From NCBI GenBank assembly GCA_964057225.1, contig OZ059898.1, forward strand, positions 20,026,001 through 20,090,000: a stretch of DNA of 64,000 nucleotides, in the 5' to 3' direction. Shown here in pieces: positions 1-11,806 of this stretch. Under the pieces are notes generated by a model, which did no database searches, was not told the DNA's origin, and saw nothing but the letters and a program-made list of their open reading frames with translations. The stretch comes from Auanema rhodensis (taxonomy: Eukaryota; Animalia; Nematoda). Position 1 is the stretch's first letter. Every line of letters starts with the position of its first letter. The translations under genes and the position numbers were made by a program.

Positions 1-286
1 TTTGACAAAAATTTTTTCGAAAAATTTCAAAATAATTTCGCAAAAAGTAAATGTTTTTAGATTTCTTTTTTCAAGGCAAAGACGATGGACAATGTTATTC
101 AACAAAAAAATTAATTCTTCAGGGTGAAAATCGAGGATATAAGTGTGAACTTATATCAGTTGATATCTCGGTGCATTTTTAAGCTAGCGCAAATCTGATA
201 ACACAGATCGACGCAGCTTAAAACTCCGCATCGAGTGCACTATACTACATTGAGAAACGCTTGATACAAAAATTAGTTATGATCGT

Positions 287-3200
287 TTGAAAAATGATGC
301 ATTAGTGTATTTTGAGTTTCCATGTACATTCAACATTGCTTCCAAAAATATTTTGACAAAAATTTTTCCGAAAAATTTCAAAATAATTTCGCAAAAAGTA
401 GATGTTTTTAGATTTTTTTTTCAAGGCAAAGACGATGGACAAGGTTATTCAACGAAAAAATTAATTCTTCAGGGTGAAAATCGAGGATATAAGTGTGAAC
501 TTATATCAGTTGATATCTCGGTGCATTTTTCAGCTAGCGCAAATCTGATAACACAGATCGACGCAGCTTAAAAATCCGCATCGAATGCACTATACTACAT
601 TGAGAAACGCTTGATACAAAAATTAGTTATGATCGTTTGAAAAATGATGCATTAGTGTATTTTGAGTTTCCATGTACACTCAACATTGCTTCCAAAAACA
701 TTTTGACAAAAATTTTTCCGAAAAATTTCAAAATAATTTCGCAAAAAGTAGATGTTTTTAGATTTTTTTTTTCAAGGCAAAGACGATGGACAAGGTTATT
801 CAACGAAAAAATTAATTCTTCAGGGTGAAAATCGAGGATATAAGTGTGAACTTATATCAGTTGATATCTCGGTGCATTTTCAAGCTAGCGCAAATCTAAT
901 AACACAGATCGACGCAGCTTAAAAATCCGCATCGAATGCACTATACTAAATTGAGAAACGCTTGATACAAAAATTAGTTATGACCGTTTGAAAAATGATG
1001 CATTAGTGTATTTTGAGTTTCCATGTACACTCAACATTGCTTCCAAAAACATTTTGACAAAAATTTTTTCGAAAAATTTCAAAATAATTTCGCAAAAAGT
1101 AAATGTTTTTAGATTTCTTTTTTCAAGGCAAAGACGATGGACAATGTTATTCAACAAAAAAATTAATTCTTCAGGGTGAAAATCGAGGATATAAGTGTGA
1201 ACTTATATCAGTTGATATCTCGGTGCATTTTTAAGCTAGCGCAAATCTAATAACACAGATCGACGCAGCTTAAAAATCCGCATCGAATGCACTATACTAA
1301 ATTGAGAAACGCTTGATACAAAAATTAGTTATGACCGTTTGAAAAATGATGCATTAGTGTATTTTGAGTTTCCATGTACACTCAACATTGCTTCCAAAAA
1401 CATTTTGACAAAAATTTTTTCGAAAAATTTCAAAATAATTTCGCAAAAAGTAAATGTTTTTAGATTTCTTTTTTCAAGGCAAAGACGATGGACAATGTTA
1501 TTCAACAAAAAAATTAATTCTTCAGGGTGAAAATCGAGGATATAAGTGTGAACTTATATCAGTTGATATCTCGGTGCATTTTTAAGCTAGCGCAAATCTG
1601 ATAACACAGATCGACGCAGCTTAAAACTCCGCATCGAGTGCACTATACTACATTGAGAAACGCTTGATACAAAAATTAGTTATGATCGTTTGAAAAATGA
1701 TGCATTAGTGTATTTTGAGTTTCCATGTACATTCAACATTGCTTCCAAAAATATTTTGACAAAAATTTTTCCGAAAAATTTCAAAATAATTTCGCAAAAA
1801 GTAGATGTTTTTAGATTTTTTTTTCAAGGCAAAGACGATGGACAAGGTTATTCAACGAAAAAATTAATTCTTCAGGGTGAAAATCGAGGATATAAGTGTG
1901 AACTTATATCAGTTGATATCTCGGTGCATTTTTTAGCTAGCGCAAATCTGATAACACAGATCGACGCAGCTTAAAAATCCGCATCGAATGCACTATACTA
2001 CATTGAGAAACGCTTGATACAAAAATTAGTTATGATCGTTTGAAAAATGATGCATTAGTGTATTTTGAGTTTCCATGTACACTCAACATTGCTTCCAAAA
2101 ACATTTTGACAAAAATTTTTCCGAAAAATTTCAAAATAATTTCGCAAAAAGTAGATGTTTTTAGATTTTTTTTTTCAAGGCAAAGACGATGGACAAGGTT
2201 ATTCAACGAAAAAATTAATTCTTCAGGGTGAAAATCGAGGATATAAGTGTGAACTTATATCAGTTGATATCTCGGTGCATTTTCAAGCTAGCGCAAATCT
2301 AATAACACAGATCGACGCAGCTTAAAAATCCGCATCGAATGCACTATACTAAATTGAGAAACGCTTGATACAAAAATTAGTTATGACCGTTTGAAAAATG
2401 ATGCATTAGTGTATTTTGAGTTTCCATGTACACTCAACATTGCTTCCAAAAACATTTTGACAAAAATTTTTTCGAAAAATTTCAAAATAATTTCGCAAAA
2501 AGTAAATGTTTTTAGATTTCTTTTTTCAAGGCAAAGACGATGGACAATGTTATTCAACAAAAAAATTAATTCTTCAGGGTGAAAATCGAGGATATAAGTG
2601 TGAACTTATATCAGTTGATATCTCGGTGCATTTTTAAGCTAGCGCAAATCTGATAACACAGATCGACGCAGCTTAAAACTCCGCATCGAGTGCACTATAC
2701 TACATTGAAAAACGCTTGATACAAAAATTAGTTATGATCGTTTGAAAAATGATGCATTAGTGTATTTTGAGTTTCCATGTACATTCAACATTGCTTCCAA
2801 AAATATTTTGACAAAAATTTTTCCGAAAAATTTCAAAATAATTTCGCAAAAAGTAGATGTTTTTAGATTTTTTTTTCAAGGCAAAGACGATGGACAAGGT
2901 TATTCAACGAAAAAATTAATTCTTCAGGGTGAAAATCGAGGATATACGTGTGAACTTATATCAGTTGATATCTCGGTGCATTTTTCAGCTAGCGCAAATC
3001 TGATAACACAGATCGACGCAGCTTAAAAATCCGCATCGAATCCACTATACTACATTGAGAAACGCTTGATACAAAAATTAGTTATGATCGTTTGAAAAAT
3101 GATGCATTAGTGTATTTTGAGTTTCCATGTACATTCAACATTGCTTCCAAAAATATTTTGACAAAAATTTTTCCGAAAAATTTCAAAATAATTTCGCAAA

Positions 3201-6200
3201 AAGTAGATGTTTTTAGATTTTTTTTTCAAGGCAAAGACGATGGACAAGGTTATTCAACGAAAAAATTAATTCTTCAGGGTGAAAATCGAGGATATACGTG
3301 TGAACTTATATCAGTTGATATCTCGGTGCATTTTTCAGCTAGCGCAAATCTGATAACACAGATCGACGCAGCTTAAAAATCCGCATCGAGTGCACTATAC
3401 TACATTGAAAAACGCTTGATACAAAAATTAGTTATGATCGTTTGAAAAATGATGCATTAGTGTATTTTGAGTTTCCATGTACATTCAACATTGCTTCCAA
3501 AAATATTTTGACAAAAATTTTTCCGAAAAATTTCAAAATAATTTCGCAAAAAGTAAATGTTTTTAGATTTTTTTTTTCAAGGCAAAGACGATGGACAATG
3601 TTATTCAACAAAAAAATTAATTCTTCAGGGTGAAAATCGAGGATATAAGTGTGAACTTATATCAGTTGATATCTCGGTGCATTTTTAAGCTAGCGCAAAT
3701 CTGATAACACAGATCGACGCAGCTTAAAACTCCGCATCGAGTGCACTATACTACATTGAAAAACGCTTGATACAAAAATTAGTTATGATCGTTTGAAAAA
3801 TGATGCATTAGTGTATTTTGAGTTTCCATGTACATTCAACATTGCTTCCAAAAATATTTTGACAAAAATTTTTCCGAAAAATTTCAAAATAATTTCGCAA
3901 AAAGTAGATGTTTTTAGATTTTTTTTTCAAGGCAAAGACGATGGACAAGGTTATTCAACGAAAAAATTAATTCTTCAGGGTGAAAATCGAGGATATACGT
4001 GTGAACTTATATCAGTTGATATCTCGGTGCATTTTTCAGCTAGCGCAAATCTGATAACACAGATCGACGCAGCTTAAAAATCCGCATCGAATCCACTATA
4101 CTACATTGAGAAACGCTTGATACAAAAATTAGTTATGATCGTTTGAAAAATGATGCATTAGTGTATTTTGAGTTTCCATGTACATTCAACATTGCTTCCA
4201 AAAATATTTTGACAAAAATTTTTCCGAAAAATTTCAAAATAATTTCGCAAAAAGTAGATGTTTTTAGATTTTTTTTTCAAGGCAAAGACGATGGACAAGG
4301 TTATTCAACGAAAAAATTAATTCTTCAGGGTGAAAATCGAGGATATAAGTGTGAACTTATATCAGTTGATATCTCGGTGCATTTTTTAGCTAGCGCAAAT
4401 CTGATAACACAGATCGACGCAGCTTAAAAATCCGCATCGAATGCACTATACTACATTGAGAAACGCTTGATACAAAAATTAGTTATGATCGTTTGAAAAA
4501 TGATGCATTAGTGTATTTTGAGTTTCCATGTACACTCAACATTGCTTCCAAAAACATTTTGACAAAAATTTTTCCGAAAAATTTCAAAATAATTTCGCAA
4601 AAAGTAGATGTTTTTAGATTTTTTTTTTCAAGGCAAAGACGATGGACAAGGTTATTCAACGAAAAAATTAATTCTTCAGGGTGAAAATCGAGGATATAAG
4701 TGTGAACTTATATCAGTTGATATCTCGGTGCATTTTCAAGCTAGCGCAAATCTAATAACACAGATCGACGCAGCTTAAAAATCCGCATCGAATGCACTAT
4801 ACTAAATTGAGAAACGCTTGATACAAAAATTAGTTATGACCGTTTGAAAAATGATGCATTAGTGTATTTTGAGTTTCCATGTACACTCAACATTGCTTCC
4901 AAAAACATTTTGACAAAAATTTTTTCGAAAAATTTCAAAATAATTTCGCAAAAAGTAAATGTTTTTAGATTTCTTTTTTCAAGTCAAAGACGATGGACAA
5001 TGTTATTCAACAAAAAAATTAATTCTTCAGGGTGAAAATCGAGGATATAAGTGTGAACTTATATCAGTTGATATCTCGGTGCATTTTTAAGCTAGCGCAA
5101 ATCTGATAACACAGATCGACGCAGCTTAAAACTCCGCATCGAGTGCACTATACTACATTGAGAAACGCTTGATACAAAAATTAGTTATGATCGTTTGAAA
5201 AATGATGCATTAGTGTATTTTGAGTTTCCATGTACATTCAACATTGCTTCCAAAAATATTTTGACAAAAATTTTTCCGAAAAATTTCAAAATAATTTCGC
5301 AAAAAGAAGATGTTTTTAGATTTTGTTTTCAAGGCAAAGACGATGGACAAGGTTATTCAACGAAAAAATTAATTCTTCAGGGTGAAAATCGAGGATAAAA
5401 GTGTGAACATATATCAGTTGATATCTCGGTGCATTTTTCAGCTAGCGCAAATCTGATAACACAGATCGACGCAGCTTAAAAATCCGCATCGAATGCACTA
5501 TACTACATTGAGAAACGCTTGATACAAAAATTAGTTATGATCGTTTGAAAAATGATGCATTAGTGTATTTTGAGTTTCCATGTACATTCAACATTGCTTC
5601 CAAAAATATTTTGACAAAAATTTTTCCGAAAAATTTCAAAATAATTTCGCAAAAAGTAGATGTTTTTAGATTTTTTTTTCAAGGCAAAGACGATGGACAA
5701 CGTTATTCAACGAAAAAATTAATTCTTCAGGGTGAAAATCGAGGATATAAGTGTGAACTTATATCAGTTGATATCTCGGTGCATTTTTCAGCTAGCGCAA
5801 ATCTGATAACACAGATCGACGCAGCTTAAAAATCCGCATCGAATGCACTATACTAAATTGAGAAACGCTTGATACAAAAATTAGTTATGATCGTTTGAAA
5901 AATGATGCATTAGTGTATTTTGAGTTTCCATGTACACTCAACATTGCTTCCAAAAACATTTTGACAAAAATTTTTTCGAAAAATTTCAAAATAATTTCGC
6001 AAAAAGTAAATGTTTTTAGATTTCTTTTTTCAAGGCAAAGACGATGGACAATGTTATTCAACAAAAAAATTAATTCTTCAGGGTGAAAATCGAGGATATA
6101 AGTGTGAACTTATATCAGTTGATATCTCGGTGCATTTTTAAGCTAGCGCAAATCTGATAACACAGATCGACGCAGCTTAAAACTCCGCATCGAGTGCACT

Positions 6201-6945
6201 ATACTACATTGAGAAACGCTTGATACAAAAATTAGTTATGATCGTTTGAAAAATGATGCATTAGTGTATTTTGAGTTTCCATGTACACTCAACATTGCTT
6301 CCAAAAACATTTTGACAAAAATTTTTCCGAAAAATTTCAAAATAATTTCGCAAAAAGAAGATGTTTTTAGATTTTGTTTTCAAGGCAAAGACGATGGACA
6401 AGGTTATTCAACGAAAACATTAATTCTTCAGGGTGAAAATCGAGGATAAAAGTGTGAACATATATCAGTTGATATCTCGGTGCATTTTTCAGCTAGCGCA
6501 AATCTGATAACACAGATCGACGCAGCTTAAAAATCCGCATCGAATGCACTATACTACATTGAGAAACGCTTGATACAAAAATTAGTTATGATCGTTTGAA
6601 AAATGATGCATTAGTGTATTTTGAGTTTCCATGTACATTCAACATTGCTTCCAAAAATATTTTGACAAAAATTTTTCCGAAAAATTTCAAAATAATTTCG
6701 CAAAAAGTAGATGTTTTTAGATTTTTTTTTCAAGGCAAAGACGATGGACAAGGTTATTCAACGAAAAAATTAATTCTTCAGGGTGAAAATCGAGGATATA
6801 AGTGTGAACTTATATCAGTTGATATCTCGGTGCATTTTTCAGCTAGCGCAAATCTGATAACACAGATCGACGCAGCTTAAAAATCCGCATCGAATGCACT
6901 ATACTACATTGAGAAACGCTTGATACAAAAATTAGTTATGATCGT
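287..6945. repeat. Irregular trimer-based higher-order repeat (about 1052 bp; 350+351+351)
   Basis: Monomer types recur in the order A (T9 tract, ACATTCAAC, AAAATATT), B (T10, TTTCAAGC, CTAAT, GACCGT), C (GTAAATG, TTTCTTTT, AAAACTCC..GAGTG) at 1690/2040/2391 and 4143/4493/4844, and at 287/637/(988)/1339. A related trimer occurs at 4844-5894 and 5895-6945 with AAAGAAGATG and GATAAAAG..AACATATATC. Confidence 0.8.
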
Positions 6946-9900
6946 TTGAAAAATGATGCATTAGTGTATTTTGAGTTTCCATGTACACTCAACATTGCTT
7001 CCAAAAACATTTTGACAAAAATTTTTCCGAAAAATTTTAAAATAATTTCGCAAAAAGTAGATGTTTTTAGATTTTTTTTTTCAAGGCAAAGACGATGGAC
7101 AAGGTTATTCAACGAAAACATTAATTCTTCAGGGTGAAAATCGAGGATATAAGTGTGAACTTATATCAGTTGATATCTCGGTGCATTTTTAAGCTAGCGC
7201 AAATCTGATAACACAGATCGATGCAGCTTAAAAATCCGCATCGAATGCACTATACTACATTGAGAAACGCTTGATACAAAAATTAGTTATGATCGTTTGA
7301 AAAATGATGCATTAGTGTATTTTGAGTTTCCATGTACACTCAACATTGCTTCCAAAAACATTTTGACAAAAATTTTTCCGAAAAATTTCAAAATAATTTC
7401 GCAAAAAGTAGATGTTTTTCGATTTTTTTTTTCAAGGCAAAGACGATGGACAATGTTATTCAACGAAAACATTAATTCTTCAGGGTGAAAATCGAGGATA
7501 TAAGTGTGAACTTATATCAGTTGATATCTCGGTGCATTTTTAAGCTAGCGCAAATCTGATAAAACAGATCGATGCAGCTTAAAAATCCGCATCGAATGCA
7601 CTATACTACATTGAGAAACGCTTGATACAAAAATTAGTTATGATCGTTTGAAAAATGATGCATTAGTGTATTTTGAGTTTCCATGTGCACTCAACATTGC
7701 TTCCAAAAACATTTTGACAAAAATTTTTCCGAAAAATTTCAAAATAATTTCGCAAAAAGTAGATGTTTTTCAATTTTTTTTTTCAAGGCAAAGACGATGG
7801 ACAATGTTATTCAACGAAAAATTTAATTCTTCAGGGTGAAAATCGAAGATATAAGTGTGAACTTATATCAGTTGATATCTCGGTGCATTTTTAAGCTAGC
7901 GCAAATCTGATAACACAGATCGACGCAGCTTAAAAATCCGCATCGAATGCACTATACTACATTGAGAAACGCTTGATACAAAAATTAGTTATGATCGTTT
8001 GAAAAATGATGCATTAGTGTATTTTGAGTTTCCATGTACACTCAACATTGCTTCCAAAAACATTTTGACAAAAATTTTTCCGAAAAATTTCAAAATAATT
8101 TCGCAAAAAGTAGATGTTTTTAGATTTTTTTTCTCAAGGCAAAGACGATGGACAAGGTTATTCAACGAAAACATTAATTCTTCAGGGTGAAAATCGAGGA
8201 TATAAGTGTGAACTTATATCAGTTGATATCTCGGTGCATTTTTAAGCTAGCGCAAATCTGATAACACAGATCGATGCAGCTTAAAAATCCGCATCGAATG
8301 CACTATACTACATTGAGAAACGCTTGATACAAAAATTAGTTATGATCGTTTGAAAAATGATGCATTAGTGTATTTTGAGTTTCCATGTACACTCAACATT
8401 GCTTCCAAAAACATTTTGACAAAAATTTTTTCGAAAAATTTCAAAATAATTTCGCAAAAAGTAAATGTTTTTAGATTTCTTTTTTCAAGGCAAAGACGAT
8501 GGACAATGTTATTCAACGAAAACATTAATTCTTCAGGGTGAAAATCGAGGATATAAGTGTGAACTTATATCAGTTGATATCTCGGTGCATTTTTAAGCTA
8601 GCGCAAATCTGATAACACAGATCGATGCAGCTTAAAAATCCGCATCGAATGCACTATACTACATTGAGAAACGCTTGATACAAAAATTAGTTATGATCGT
8701 TTGAAAAATGATGCATTAGTGTATTTTGAGTTTCCATGTGCACTCAACATTGCTTCCAAAAACATTTTGACAAAAATTTTTCCGAAAAATTTCAAAATAA
8801 TTTCGCAAAAAGTAGATGTTTTTCGATTTTTTTTTTCAAGGCAAAGACAATGGACAATGTTATTCAACGAAAAATTTAATTCTTCAGGGTGAAAATCGAA
8901 GATATAAGTGTGAACTTATATCAGTTGATATCTCGGTGCATTTTTAAGCTAGCGCAAATCTGATAACACAGATCGATGCAGCTTAAAAATCCGCATCGAA
9001 TGCACTATACTACATTGAGAAACGCTTGATACAAAAATTAGTTATGATCGTTTGAAAAATGATGCATTAGTGTATTTTGAGTTTCCATGTACACTCAACA
9101 TTGCTTCCAAAAACATTTTGACAAAAATTTTTTCGAAAAATTTCAAAATAATTTCGCAAAAAGTAAATGTTTTTAGATTTCTTTTTTCAAGGCAAAGACG
9201 ATGGACGATGTTATTCAACAAAAAAATTAATTCTTCAGGGTGAAAATCGAGGATATAAGTGTGAACTTATATCAGTTGATATCTCGGTGCATTTTTAAGC
9301 TAGCGCAAATCTGATAACACAGATCGATGCAGCTTAAAAATGCGCATCGAATGCACTATACTACATTGAGAAACGCTTGATACAAAAATTAGTTATGATC
9401 GTTTGAAAATGATGCATTAGTGTATTTTGAGTTTCCATGTACACTCAACATTGCTTCCAAAAACATTTTGACAAAAATTTTTTCGAAAAATTTCAAAATA
9501 ATTTCGCAAAAAGTAGATGTTTTTCGATTTTTTTTTTTAAAGCAAAGACGATGGACAAGGTTATTCAACGAAAAAATTAATTCTTCAGGGTGAAAATCGA
9601 GGATATAAGTGTGAACTTATATCAGTTGATATCTCGGTGCATTTTCAAGCTAGCGCAAATCTAATAACACAGATCGACGCAGCTTAAAAATCCGCATCGA
9701 ATGCACTATACTAAATTGAGAAACGCTTGATACAAAAATTAGTTATGACCGTTTGAAAAATGATGCATTAGTGTATTTTGAGTTTCCATGTACACTCAAC
9801 ATTGCTTCCAAAAACATTTTGACAAAAATTTTTTCGAAAAATTTCAAAATAATTTCGCAAAAAGTAGATGTTTTTAGATTTCTTTTTTCAAGGCAAAGAC

Positions 9901-11707
9901 GATGGACAATGTTATTCAACGAAAAAATTAATTCTTCAGGGTGAAAATCGAGGATATAAGTGTGAACTTATATCAGTTGATATCTCGGTGCACTTTTAAG
10001 CTAGCGCAAATCTGATAACACAGATCGACGCAGCTTAAAAATCCGCATCGAATGCACTATACTACATTGAGAAACGCTTGATACAAAAATTAGTTATGAT
10101 CGTTTGAAAAATGATGCATTAGTGTATTTTGAGTTTCCATGTACACTCAACATTGCTTCCAAAAACATTTTGACAAAAATTTTTTCGAAAAATTTCAAAA
10201 TAATTTCGCAAAAAGTAAATGTTTTTAGATTTCTTTTTTCAAGGCAAAGACGATGGACGATGTTATTCAACAAAAAAATTAATTCTTCAGGGTGAAAATC
10301 GAGGAAATAAGTGTGAACTTATATCAGTTGATATCTCGGTGCATTTTTAAGCTAGCGCAAATCTGATAACACAGATCGACGCAGCTTAAAACTCCGCATC
10401 GAGTGCACTATACTACATTGAGAAACGCTTGATACAAAAATTAGTTATGATCGTTTGAAAAATGATGCATTAGTGTATTTTGAGTTTCCATGTACATTCA
10501 ACATTGCTTCCAAAAACATTTTGACAAAAATTTTTCCGAAAAATTTCAAAATAATTTCGCAAAAAGTAGATGTTTTTAGATTTTGTTTTTCAAGGCAAAG
10601 ACGATGGACAAGGTTATTCAACGAAAAAATTAATTCTTCAGGGTGAAAATCGAGGATATAAGTGTGAACTTATATCAGTTGATATCTCGGTGCATTTTTC
10701 AGCTAGCGCAAATCTGATAACACAGATCGACGCAGCTTAAAAATCCGCATCGAATGCACTATACTACATTGAGAAACGCTTGATACAAAAATTAGTTATG
10801 ATCGTTTGAAAAATGATGCATTAGTGTATTTTGAGTTTCCATGTACACTCAACATTGCTTCCAAAAACATTTTGACAAAAATTTTTCCGAAAAATTTCAA
10901 AATAATTTCGCAAAAAGTAGATGTTTTTAGATTTTTTTTTTTAAGGCAAAGACGATGGACAAGGTTATTCAACGAAAAAATTAATTCTTCAGGGTGAAAA
11001 TCGAGGATATAAGTGTGAACTTATATCAGTTGATATCTCGGTGCATTTTTAAGCTAGCGCAAATCTGATAACACAGATCGATGCAGCTTAAAAATCCGCA
11101 TCGAATGCACTATACTACATTGAGAAACGCTTGATACAAAAATTAGTTATGATCGTTTGAAAAATGATGCATTAGTGTATTTTGAGTTTCCATGTACACT
11201 CAACATTGCTTCCAAAAACATTTTGACAAAAATTTTTCCGAAAAATTTCAAAATAATTTCGCAAAAAGTAGATGTTTTTCGATTTTTTTTTTCAAGGCAA
11301 AGACGATGGACAATGTTATTCAACGAAAAATTTAATTCTTCAGGGTGAAAATTGAGGATATAAGTGTGAACTTATATCAGTTGATATCTCGGTGCATTTT
11401 TAAGCTAGCGCAAATCTGATAACACAGATCGATGCAGCTTAAAAATCCGCATCGAATGCACTATACTACATTGAGAAACGCTTGATACAAAAATTAGTTA
11501 TGATCGTTTGAAAAATGATGCATTAGTGTATTTTGAGTTTCCATGTACACTCAACATTGCTTCCAAAAACATTTTGACAAAAATTTTTTCGAAAAATTTC
11601 AAAATAATTTCGCAAAAAGTAAATGTTTTTAGATTTCTTTTTTCAAGGCAAAGACGATGGACGATGTTATTCAACAAAAAAATTAATTCTTCAGGGTGAA
11701 AATCGAG

Positions 11708-11729
11708 GATATAAGTGTGAACTTATATC
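11708..11729. other. Perfect 9-bp inverted repeat with 4-nt loop (example; same position in each monomer)
   Basis: GATATAAGT-GTGA-ACTTATATC; the arms are exact reverse complements. Confidence 0.9.
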
Positions 11730-11739
11730 AGTTGATATC

Positions 11740-11806
11740 TCGGTGCATTTTTAAGCTAGCGCAAATCTGATAACACAGATCGACGCAGCTTAAAAATCCG
11801 CATCGA
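11740..11806. other. 67-nt imperfect inverted repeat (example; same position in each monomer)
   Basis: TCGGTGC/GCATCGA (one G-T), ATTTTTAAGCT/AGCTTAAAAAT (11 bp perfect), GCG/CGC and ATCTG/CAGAT nest around an ATAACA loop. Confidence 0.85.

Noticed and set aside
136-157. Intrinsic terminator interpretation of the 9-bp hairpin
   Set aside because: AT-rich stem, no following U-tract, and no gene context.
737-753. CENP-B box-like TTTCGCAAAAAGTAGAT
   Set aside because: It has TTCG....A but lacks the essential CGGG.
770-905. Hammerhead ribozyme or retrozyme (CTGAAGA on the minus strand; CTGATAA on the plus strand in most monomers)
   Set aside because: The unit size would fit, but I could not build stems I-III around either motif, and the plus-strand motif misses the CUGANGA core. 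An RNAMotif or Infernal search would be decisive.
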